Assembly: GCA_004193595.1 (NCBI GenBank)
Contig: RPGQ01000080.1
Location: 132,307-196,306, forward strand
DNA length: 64,000 nucleotides
Reading direction: 5' to 3'
Source of the DNA: Desulfobacteraceae bacterium Eth-SRB2
GTDB lineage: Bacteria; Desulfobacterota; Desulfobacteria; Desulfobacterales; UBA11574
Numbering within the stretch: position 1 is the stretch's first letter; each line of letters begins with the position of its first letter. The notes under the pieces were generated by a model. It saw only the letters and a list, made by a program, of their open reading frames with translations. It had not been told where the DNA came from and ran no database searches. Shown piece after piece: positions 46,346-55,921 of the stretch. The translations under genes and the position numbers were made by a program.

Positions 46346-47314
46346 TTAGACGGCTTCGATGGTTGAAGGGGGCTTGGGCGTTATGTTGTACGTAACGCTT
46401 ACGATGCCCGGCACATCTCGGATAATCTCGCCGGCGAGCTTCTCGAGAATTTCGAACGAAAGCTGCGTCGGTGTTGCGGTCCGCGCGTCCACGCTTTCCC
46501 AGCAACGCACCTCGATCTGCTGACCGAAGTCACGCTTGCCGTCGCGCATGCCGGTGACGCGGTCTTCATGAAGTATCGCCATGTACTGAAACGCACCGGT
46601 GTCCTTGAGCAGACGCTCGACAACCCCGGTTGCCTTTCGGACCGTCCGGATACGCTCCAGAGTCACCTCGCCGATCACCCGTGCCGACAGGGCCGGGCCC
46701 GGGAACGGGATGCGCTCGAATAGCTCTGCCGGAAGCCCAAGGGCCTTGCCAACCTTTCTTACGCCGTCTTTGCGAAGCTGAATAAGGGGCTCGATGATAC
46801 GGTAACCGAAAGCTTTTTTGGGATCGATTCCCAATTGCTCAAACACATTGTGCTGCCGCTTTATCCCTGCAACGGTCTCGTCGATATCGGTCAGAATAGT
46901 TCCCTGGATAAGGTGTTTTGCGCCGCTTTCTTTGACAATGCGTCCGAATACATCTTTGTAAAAGGACTGGGTAATGGCCTCGCGCTTCTCTTCCGGGTCC
47001 GTGATTCCTTTGAGCGCAGCGAAGAACTCTTTGTTCGCATCCACTACTTCAACCGTAACGCCAAGTTTTTGGAAAAGCCTAACAACCTGTTCCGGTTCTC
47101 CCTCGCGCATGAGGCCGTTTTCGATGAAAACGGTCTTAAGGCGCTTGCCCAGGGCCCGATGGCCGAGCATCGTAACCGTAGACGAATCCACACCTCCGGA
47201 AAGAGCATTGATCGCCATCCCGTCTCCAACCATGTGCCGGATCTCTTTGACCTTATCATTGATAAAATTTTCTGTGTTAAGCTCCTGCGCGGTGATCTCC
47301 TTAATCATATGCAT
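46346..47314 (-). CDS. GMP synthase ATP-pyrophosphatase subunit-like protein (PP-loop domain plus GMPS C-terminal domain, no glutaminase domain)
   Basis: SGGVDSST PP-loop. IIEPLIQLRKDGVRKVGKALGLP...PFPGPALSARV. The dimerisation tail is ...VSVTYNITPKPPSTIEAV. GC is visibly higher than the flanks (sampled lines 53-60%). Confidence 0.7.
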   Translation of the reverse strand: MHMIKEITAQELNTENFINDKVKEIRHMVGDGMAINALSGGVDSSTVTMLGHRALGKRLKTVFIENGLMREGEPEQVVRLFQKLGVTVEVVDANKEFFAALKGITDPEEKREAITQSFYKDVFGRIVKESGAKHLIQGTILTDIDETVAGIKRQHNVFEQLGIDPKKAFGYRIIEPLIQLRKDGVRKVGKALGLPAELFERIPFPGPALSARVIGEVTLERIRTVRKATGVVERLLKDTGAFQYMAILHEDRVTGMRDGKRDFGQQIEVRCWESVDARTATPTQLSFEILEKLAGEIIRDVPGIVSVTYNITPKPPSTIEAV

Positions 47315-47527
47315 AGCTCCTTTTTCTAAATAGATACTGATTTGGAAAATACGGCATAATAAAAGCTGTAAGCAGTAACGGAAGTATCAATGCTAAAAAA
47401 AGTATTAATATGTATTTATAATTTATAGATGCTTCTGACAAAATAGCGGGAATTAACATCATCAGTGCCGTCCCAAGGGGAACAATAGACATATACTGTA
47501 TCAGAAAAATCCCTAAACCCCGCGTGG

Positions 47528-47938
47528 TTATCTTTTTTTATTTGATGACAGCTCTTTTAAACCGCAGTGCTTCGCAATAGGCTGAAAATCCTTATCATTG
47601 TGTAGAAGTGGTATATCATTTTCTATGGCAGATGAGGCAATCATGCAGTCTAAGGGTTTTCGGATAGTTATACCTTTTTTACGTAATTTTCGGTAAATCT
47701 CTGCAGAACGTAAAAAGACGGTGTAAGGCATTGGAAGCCAAATCAAAATATTGAACAAGTCTCTTGTTTTTCTGAATTCAGTGTCTTTTCGAATGCCTTG
47801 AAGTACCTCTGAAAGAATGATTCCACAGGTGCAAATGTCTTCTCTGTGTTCGATAAGATCCTCTAAAACTGCCACATGTGGTAATGATCGTGCTGCAAAG
47901 AAATCGATCCATACTGTCGTATCGACGAGGATTATCAT
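47528..47938 (-). CDS. vapC: PIN-domain toxin VapC
   Basis: MIILVDTTVWIDFF... with conserved acidic residues. 4-nt overlap with the upstream antitoxin. Confidence 0.85.
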   Translation of the reverse strand: MIILVDTTVWIDFFAARSLPHVAVLEDLIEHREDICTCGIILSEVLQGIRKDTEFRKTRDLFNILIWLPMPYTVFLRSAEIYRKLRKKGITIRKPLDCMIASSAIENDIPLLHNDKDFQPIAKHCGLKELSSNKKR

Positions 47939-48138
47939 ATATCACGACCTTGCCGCCAATCGTTAAGATCACCCTCCCAATTGATTTTGCCTTTGAGTTC
48001 AAGAATTTTAGTTTGAGATTCATGACGGTACAACTCACGCAATGCATGATCAATCAGAGCTTTACGGGTTTTTATTCCGGTCGCTCTTAAGCAATCTTCC
48101 ACAAGTTTATCATCAAGCACAATATTTGTACGTTTCAC
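47935..48138 (-). CDS. vapB: VapB-family antitoxin (DUF2191-like)
   Basis: MKRTNIVLDDKLVEDCLRATGIKTRKALIDHALRELY..., 67 aa. Confidence 0.8.
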   Translation of the reverse strand: MKRTNIVLDDKLVEDCLRATGIKTRKALIDHALRELYRHESQTKILELKGKINWEGDLNDWRQGRDI

Positions 48139-48212
48139 TTAACACCCCCTTTTCACTGTTTCATACACCTTATCATGAGGATTATGTGTATGCAAGTAAA
48201 ATTATGCGGAAG

Positions 48213-48357
48213 ATAACCAACAAACCCCGCAGTTAGCGCAGTTTGTCCATCAGCCCCTCACATCTGACCCATACAACCGCTTAATTTGCCATTTCAGTGA
48301 ACAGCCGGATTCATCTATGGGACTGAGAAATCTTATCATAATCATGCTGCATAAACC
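48213..48357 (+). mobile_element. 145-bp fragment of an IS (same sequence as 52861-53003)
   Basis: aaccaacaaacc.cgcagttagcg.agtttgtcc...ccatacaa.cgcttaatttgccatttcagtgaacag.c.gattcatctatggg.ctgag.aatcttatcat.atcatgctgcata aligns with the 5' part of the IS remnant at 52861. Confidence 0.7.
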
Positions 48358-48591
48358 CATAAATAAAAGTTTTCTTGTGACAATAACTTGCTGATATTAA
48401 ATTAAAAAATTATTTAATTCACTATTCAAAATATGACCATTCTTACTCTATTATATGATGTTAAGCGCTGGGGGCGTCTATACGGGCTTTTCTTGGCATA
48501 GAATCTCCATAGATCATCCCAATCAGTTGTCAATCAATATTCCAATGGACGTCCCGATTATCACAATATCACAATGCGTTATTTGATAAAT

Positions 48592-51564
48592 TTAACGGGC
48601 TTCAAGTCCCAGTCTGGTAATTAGGCCCGTTAACACACCCGGATTCGCCTTTTTCATTGAGATACGATTTGAATCCAGCTGACCGCTTTCAATAAGAAAC
48701 TGTTTGATCGACAACGCCCGCTGATCTGCCAGGGCAGTCAGGGCTTGCTCAGAGATCGTTTGCTTTTCGCTGGCGTCCTTAAACATCTGGTAATATGTTT
48801 TCTGTGTCAACGCTTCATCGATAAGGTGTGGTTCCGCTGCCCGTATCTCCGACTTTCGGTCAGATTCGCTCTTCAGCGCCAGGGCTTTGTTGATTTTTCT
48901 CAACTCAGATCGATTTTGACTTTCCAGCAGCCAGTCGACCGGATTGTTCACAGTGAAAGGAACATTGCGCGCGGTTGCCATCTGTGCCATGACCGCCTGC
49001 TGCTGCATTGCTTTTTTGTCTGCCTCGAATGAACTGTTTCCCTGCACCACCACCACCAGCTTCGGCCGTTTCTTCAGTGCACCAGCCAGTTGCCGCAACC
49101 GCTCCTGGTTTTCTTCATTCAATGCAACCTCACCTGCGGCAAATTCCACTTTTCCTAAGTCTTTCCGGCTACCCACCAGAGATCCCAACATTTTAAACGG
49201 TGCTGCAGCAGCCTTGGAAAGCACGTTTACGATTGCTTTCATGACAATCCCGGCCACGCTGAATTCAGGATCATCCAAGCCCCCCTGGACGCCTACATCA
49301 AGATTGATCACACCCTTCCTGTCCCGCAGCAAGGCCAGCCCCAAATGCACCGGCGCCTTGATAGCCTGATCACTTTGAACCGCCTCACCCAGATAAAGCT
49401 GGTCCGCAACAATATTATTTAGCCCTTTTAACTTACGGTCTTTCAATTCATAGTTCAGGTTGAGCGTCAATCTTCCACTGTGCAGGGAATAGCCGATGTA
49501 GGTCCCGGTATAGCTGGACAATGGCGGCATTTATAGCTCTTCCAGCTGACCTTCAAATGTGAAATTCGGCTGCTGCGCGAGCGGGGATAGGGTTCCTTTG
49601 ATCTGAAAAGGGGCATAGCGGTCCACCCTGGAATCCAATTCAAACAATGCATTTTTATCACCGCTGTCGGTCAAATTGTTGATTCGCATATTCATACTAT
49701 AGAGGCCGGCCTCAAAAGTCGGCGCCACGCTGTCATCACGTAAATGGATTGTCCCCTGTTGCATCTTGATTTCAGAAATGCGGACATTCCAGGGCGTTTC
49801 CTGTTCACCATCTCCCTTGGCTTTTTCTCTATTGCCTTGTGTGGAGGGCTCGCTCAAAGGGGCCTTAGGCAACGTAGCAAAATTCAGTTGTTTATCTTTA
49901 CTCATTTCGAGAAACAGTTCCGGCGTTATCAACTCAACATCTTTTATAGAAAGGTTTTGCTGTTTTGTGTCCAAAAGCAGTTCATCGACCTTCAGTTGTT
50001 GAAATTTCAACAGCGATCTTCCATTACGAAGGTCCTGTCCGAGAAGATTATTGACTGATGCCTTCAGTCCAATCTGCATAGGAAATCCGCCTTCCGTCGT
50101 CATATGGATTTTCCCTTTCAGATTGAGGTCACCGCCCGCCAGACGCATATGGGAAGATGCTTCAACATATTTAGAGAATCCCGCCAAATCCAATTCCTGC
50201 ACCTGGTAATTCAGGTTCGCTGAAAAAGGCACTAAAATCAGGTCGCCTGCTACCTCTACCGTCCCTTTTTCATTCAGCATCGAACTGACCGACAGCGTCG
50301 TGTTTTTGCCCGGAGTAAAAGTCAGGTTTTCGATCACGGCATTAATTCTTTCCAGATCATGATATGCATCGAGGCCTGGACGTTTATCTGCAAAATAGAC
50401 GCGGCTGTCGGTAATCAGAAACCGTTTAACGAGGATATCCCAGGGAATATTATCCCCTTCAGATGAATTGCCGGTCCCTTGTGGCTGCGTGTCCATCTGT
50501 ATGTTTTCCTTTTTGATTTCTTGAACCAATAGAGATTGAAAACGGGGAATCCCTTTTTCATCCAGCCACTGGTGTGCGGTAATCCCATCATAGCTAACCT
50601 GCTCCACAAGAACATTTCGTTTCTCCAAATTCAGGCTCAAGCCTTCTACGTGCAGGGCCTTGGCCCGCAACATGGGCGGATCCATCACAGCATCATCGAG
50701 TGCCAAATCAAGAACCGCAATGGTTCCGTTTTTGAGTTCAACCTGAATTTCATTCTGCCGGGTAATGAAAACCCCGGCCTCCATTGAAAACAGACCATTT
50801 TTGACCGTGGCCGGAATTACATTTTCAAGAAACTCGCTGTACGCTGCCAACTGTATATCCTCCCCCTGAACTTTTGCTTCAAAATACAGGGGGTCTATTC
50901 GATAATTTCCGTTAATATGAAGTGTTCCCCCACCGGGCATACTGGCCTCCACATCAAATGGATTAAACTTTTCATCGCCGGTGGCAAGGTAAAGATCTTG
51001 AAACTGAAGGTTGATATTATCCAATATTGAGGTCGCCGGCTTTTTGCCACTCAGGTCAATGAAGTGAAAACTACCCTTTTCAATCGCTATCGCCTGAATT
51101 TCCAGGGCAATGCCGCTTTTTTCACTGGGGGAATCCTTTTCTTCTGAAGCGAATCTTTCCAGTATATCGCTGAAGTTGAAGCCCTCTGTGCGCTTTTCGA
51201 TGTTAATGTGTGAACTCTTTGAAAATAGTGTCTCCAGCGCAACTTCCCATTTGAAAAGGGAGCGCCAGAAACTGAAATTCACATATAATTCCTGCCATGC
51301 CATGATCGGCTGATGCGGCTTATCATCGATAGCAAACTCGGTAACCGTCAAAGAAATACTGAATGGATTAAAGGTAATCTGTCCCACATCAATAGGATGT
51401 CCGATAAGTTCTGCAATATTTTTTTGCACAACATGCTTTAACTTGCCGGGTAGATAGAGATAGGAAGCCGCGATATAGGTTACATAGACCAGAACCATGC
51501 CTGCGAAAAGCCAATGGTACCATCTGAGATGTCTCGATTTTACAAAAACAGATGAAAGAGCCAT
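48592..51564 (-). pseudogene. DUF748 (AsmA-like) large envelope protein split by an in-frame TAA
   Basis: The 677-aa and 312-aa ORFs are in the same frame and are separated only by TAA at 49531-49533 (...GQLEEL*MPPLSSYTGTYIGYSL...). The N-terminal TM and the conserved block LPVHLGLALLRDRKGVINLDVGVQGGLDDPEFS are typical of single-chain DUF748 proteins. Confidence 0.65.
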
Positions 51565-52287
51565 AGCGTCCTCAATATATGTTAAAATGGGATATGTCGG
51601 AAGGCATGGTTGGCAGGCCTACACATTTCACATATTTCGACATTCATGAAAAATTTTGAACAAATAGGCACCCGACCTAAACTTCTATAATGCTGATTGT
51701 TTTTTGTCAACGGTGTAGGCCTGACACCCATGCCATTGCTTCCTTTACAAATATAGCAATTGATCAGAATAAGTAGTTTGTTTTGAAGATATTTTGCGCA
51801 AAACATCTATTTCTTCTCGTAGTTGTACAATGTTCTAAATGGTTTTTTCAAAAGGTATTTCATCAACAGGGTTGCCGTTTTTTAAAAGTATAACGGAAAA
51901 ATGAGAGCCCGGGCGATGTTATGCGAAAAAGGTGTTTAAACGCCCTGAAGTTGATTTTGAAAAATACGTAAACGTCGATACACAGCAATAAAGTTTGTTC
52001 GGATCTACCTCGAAATTGGATCTATCTCTTTATTAATAGGCGTTTAATGATGAAGCATGATCCTATGAAGACGGGGAGTTGCCATCATGCTTCATCGCTA
52101 TTGCAAACCGTTTTTGGATTATTGCCGATTGCCATATTTTTCAATTCGGTCCCTCCAAACTCTCAGTGCCCGAATCGATTAGCAACATCCATGAGAAGTG
52201 TCGATTCATTTTAATCAATAAACGAGGTGACCCCATTCGCAACCCTCTTACGTCCGCCTTTATTCCTATCCCGATATGCTTACCCTT

Positions 52288-52506
52288 TTAAGATGCCCAC
52301 TTAATCGAAATCTTACGACCTGATTGGACGCAGCCCCTCAAATAAAGGTTGATCAAATTCTGATAGGGTATTCCTGTATCTTCTGACATCCGTTTAAAAT
52401 AGTCAATGATGTCGACACCCATTCGAATGGTTACTTGTTTCTTCAACCTTTTCGCATAAGGATTTTTACGTCCTTTCATTTTTGAGAAATCGTATTCCTT
52501 CCTCAT
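52288..52506 (-). CDS. brnA: BrnA-family antitoxin
   Basis: MRKEYDFSKMKGRKNPYAKRLKKQVTIRMGVDIIDYFKRMSEDTGIPYQNLINLYL, 72 aa. Confidence 0.8.
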   Translation of the reverse strand: MRKEYDFSKMKGRKNPYAKRLKKQVTIRMGVDIIDYFKRMSEDTGIPYQNLINLYLRGCVQSGRKISIKWAS

Positions 52507-52795
52507 AATTTTTCTCCGGTATATGATTTTTGTTCTTTTTTTGTTGCTTTTCTATCTGAAATGATCCTGATTTCTGTCTCGTCTTCTCGTAATGTGTAGC
52601 TTACAACCAAAACTTGAATTTGGTAACTAAGCCCCAACATTAAAAACCTATCTTCAGATTCTGGGTGGGCAGGATCATAATACTCGATGGCATGTTCATC
52701 AAAAAAACTGATTGTGCTTCTTCAAATGATATTGTGTGTTTCTTTTGATTGGTTAAATTTTTCCGATTATCCCAAGAAAAGCTGATTGAATTCAT
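52503..52795 (-). pseudogene. brnT: BrnT (DUF497) toxin with a frameshift in a homopolymer
   Basis: MNSISFSWDNRKNLTNQKKHTISFEEAQSVF, then a frame change at the A7 run (52701-52707), then DEHAIEYYDPAHPESEDRFLMLGLSYQIQVLVVSYTLREDETEIRIISDRKATKKEQKSY. ATGA overlap with brnA. Confidence 0.7.
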
Positions 52796-52860
52796 AAATA
52801 CATTGGAAATACACTGTAATTTGTTGTCAAGGGGGTAATTGGGTAGGACATTAGACGCAT

Positions 52861-53586
52861 AATCAACAAACCTTGCAGTTAGCGAAGTTTGTCCCTCAGT
52901 TTCTCACACCGGACCCATACAATCGCTTAATTTGCCATTTCAGTGAACAGGCAGATTCATCTATGGGGCTGAGGAATCTTATCATCATCATGCTGCATAT
53001 AACCAAAAATCAAGGCGCCTCTTTAAAAGTGTTTATGGGGAGCAAAATGGCAATTCAAACACAGCATCCAATGGGAGTTAAACCAACAGGCACTATCGGA
53101 AGCGTCAAAAACAGATGGACTTTTCCCTTTGATCAGCAATACTACTTTGGAGGCTTGTGAAGTATTAAAAAAATACAAAAGCCAGCCATTCCTTGAAAAA
53201 CGGATGTATACGAAAAAGACTGTATTGGAAGTCGCACCTGTTTTCCTCAAAAAAGGAAAGCGAATTGAAGCCATGATGTTTCTTTATTTTGTGGCATTGA
53301 TGATCGTGTCGCTGATCGAACGAAAGATTCGTATGAATATGGCAAAGGCAAACATTGAAAACCCATTCTGCCCCAGGCGATGAATACTGAAAAGCCAACA
53401 TGGAACAACATCAGATACTTCTTTCGAAATGTCCACTACTCGGAAATTCTCCACGAGGGGAGGTGCATACAGTCAATGGTCAAAGGACTCAGTGATCTGC
53501 ATAAACAGATCAATCGACTGTTAGAGGTTCCCAACTCGGTGTACAAAAATCTTTTATCCAGTTGGTGGCAATTCAAATGCACCTGA
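52861..53586 (+). mobile_element. Degenerate IS4/IS1634-like transposase remnant (C-terminal part, at least 2 frameshifts)
   Basis: Three consecutive ORF pieces. One reads ...YKSQPFLEKRMYTKKTVLEVAPVFLKKGKRIEAMMFLYFVALMIVSLIERKIR, which resembles the conserved C-terminal region of IS4-superfamily DDE transposases. Confidence 0.55.
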
Positions 53587-54461
53587 TTTGTTTGTCACAA
53601 TATTTCCCAATAATTCCAAAAATATTTTTTCAAAGAGCGAAATGTAAGTTTTAACGCTTGCATTTCGCCGATCCTCATTTTGTCTGACTCTTACTCCCAT
53701 AATAAGTCCTCACTTTCTACCTGTTGTTAATCCGCGGGCAGGGGCCAGGGACGCCCTTTTCAGCCTACGCGCCTATCCCGTGGGGTTGACTGTAGGGATA
53801 ATTCCTACTTATAGGTTATATCCCCACTAAAATGAAGGATACTATCTATTTACATATAATATTGTTGAATTATAAATAAATTTATATTTGGGATTTCGAT
53901 TTGTCTAATCCAGTGCTCCTTATAAAAAATAAACCAGCGTGATAAAATTAAAGGCGGTCATCAAGAGAAATTCCATGAAAGATTTCATTCTTTTAACATT
54001 TTTTATAAGTTGTATAATATTTGCCTATATTTTTTCGTTTAATCCGATTATTTTCTAATAGGGCAATATATAAGCTTTTAAAAAAATCTTTTTAGTATTA
54101 GGCTATAAATAACTTCTTCGTAGCCGGATCTTCTTATAGTCCTTGGTATCGCTGCCAAGGGCTTTTTTGATGCCATAGACAAGCCCGAAAGCTCATCCGA
54201 GCATAGTAATTAGAAAGTTTCGATATACGATATCTAGAAACTTCAGGTGTTGTGTTTCGGCGTCTTTTGATGTTAATATGGTTTCAGCCATGATTCCTTT
54301 TGGAGTCATGTTTAGGGCTGTTTGTGTTGGGAGTTCCCGAAAACTTTTCCTCTTGGACAGCCCGTTATCCGTCAAGCCGTTGATAACTATCTTAAAGAAC
54401 ACGATATTGACTGGCGCAAGGATGATACCGAAGAAGCTGGAAAATAAGGAAACCCCTTTTC

Positions 54462-54773
54462 ATGACAGAACCCGAACAAACCACCCTCGCGGACCGGATA
54501 AAATTCGTACGTGGCTCACTTTCAAAAGTCGAATTTGCCAGAGCATTAGGTATTAACAGAAATACACTTCTCCAATGGGAAACCAATAAACTCTTTCCAA
54601 ATTTTGAAAAACTTCAGAAAATACACAAAACATTTAAGGTAAACATTAACTGGCTTCTTTCCGGTGAAGGCAAACCTTATCTTAAACGCTTAAAATATCC
54701 GCCAAATATCGAAAACAGGATTATCAAATTAAAGTACAGAATCACAGTCCTGGAAAAGAAGGGCAATAAATAA
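54462..54773 (+). CDS. XRE-family helix-turn-helix transcriptional regulator
   Basis: LADRIKFVRGSLSKVEFARALGINRNTLLQWETNKLFPNFEKLQKI...WLLSGEG. Confidence 0.75.
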   Translation: MTEPEQTTLADRIKFVRGSLSKVEFARALGINRNTLLQWETNKLFPNFEKLQKIHKTFKVNINWLLSGEGKPYLKRLKYPPNIENRIIKLKYRITVLEKKGNK

Positions 54774-54992
54774 CCTTTATTGGTGCTTTGAAACATGGGA
54801 GAACACACTCAACACGACTCTTACAAAAGGACAAATATATTGCTTCTATTTTCCATTCTTCTTTTTAAAATTCCACTAAAAAATAATATTCGTCATTGAC
54901 ATATACTCGTTAGTGAATATTTAAATATTACATTTTAGCATAATATTTATTTAAAATATTCAAAGAAAGACAATTCGTTGGGAGGCGTTAAA

Positions 54993-55478
54993 ATGGAAAC
55001 AAAAAAATATATATTCTTGAGTGTTTTATTAATTGCTCTGATTATCTCCGGTTGTGTTTCATGGCAAAAAAACTACGGCAAGCTTAAAACTATGCCTGAC
55101 GGCCCAAACCATCTGACCATTCAAAATTTAATCGATAAATGGGATGATTACCACATTTATAGTTCCGACCAGTATGCCGGACCTGGTTTTCGATCACCCC
55201 TGGGCATCATGTTCGATCCGAAAAATAATGATACAATGCTGGTGGGTGATCGGTGGAAAAAGGTCAGGGATCAAAAGACCTTGAAAGATATGACAAAACG
55301 GATTTTTCTGGCCACTCAGTTTGAGCCCTGGCTCAATGAAATTTTAGGGCCGGACGGACTTCTTTACGGATATCTTTATTATTCATATGGAGTTGTAACC
55401 CTTAAAGTGGTTGGTGAAAAAAAGATGTATATATTTAACCTGGAGGAACCTCCTAATGAGGGTGGTAACGATGATTAA
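54993..55478 (+). CDS. Hypothetical lipoprotein
   Basis: GGGAGG RBS. METKKYIFLSVLLIALIISGC lipobox. No family was recognised. Confidence 0.55.
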   Translation: METKKYIFLSVLLIALIISGCVSWQKNYGKLKTMPDGPNHLTIQNLIDKWDDYHIYSSDQYAGPGFRSPLGIMFDPKNNDTMLVGDRWKKVRDQKTLKDMTKRIFLATQFEPWLNEILGPDGLLYGYLYYSYGVVTLKVVGEKKMYIFNLEEPPNEGGNDD

Positions 55479-55921
55479 TTTAGGCTTCCCTATATGCGTT
55501 TCCGTATAACTGCTATTTATCCTGTATTTTGAAGTCGGTTTTTATCCATCCTCCCTCTCATTTTGCACTAATATTCTATCAGTTTCCGGGCAAGGCGGTG
55601 AAGGTCTGGATTGGCGAGGGCCGAGACTTTTTTCTTTACGGCACGGGAATAATACTCTCTCTGGGCCAGGTCAGAGCACAGAGGCTTTGCTATCTGCGAT
55701 TTATTAAACTTAACCCCTAAAATCACTATAACTAATAGATAATTTTATATATTAATTCCATCGGCGGATTTGATAATATCCACGAAAGGCTGTTCAACAG
55801 ATTGTAAACATTAAGATATTTCGCTATCACAACTTCCGGGCCAATTTCAAAACAGTTGACAATCTTTTTTTATTACGTTAACGGGTGCGATCAGCAAGGC
55901 TAACCTGAAGGCAAATAAACA

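Noticed and set aside
47301-47492. 63-aa hydrophobic ORF between the GMP-synthase-like gene and vapC
   Set aside because: It overlaps the start of the upstream gene. The region is AT-rich with no RBS and no homology that I can recognise.
53975-54058. 27-aa hydrophobic peptide MKDFILLTFFISCIIFAYIFSFNPIIF as a type I toxin candidate
   Set aside because: It is too short and AT-rich to distinguish from chance. No antisense RNA features or RBS could be supported.
54340-54447. Ribbon-helix-helix-like C-terminus (...GQPVIRQAVDNYLKEHDIDWRKDDTEEAGK*) just upstream of the XRE regulator
   Set aside because: The frame opens only about 40 codons before the stop, with no ATG or RBS and no N-terminal beta-strand region. 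It may be a remnant.
55790-55905. Candidate BirA operator (TTGTAAAC..., GTTAAC-N18-GCTAAC) upstream of birA
   Set aside because: The half-sites do not form a convincing inverted repeat at the expected spacing. This cannot be supported without a taxon-specific motif model.
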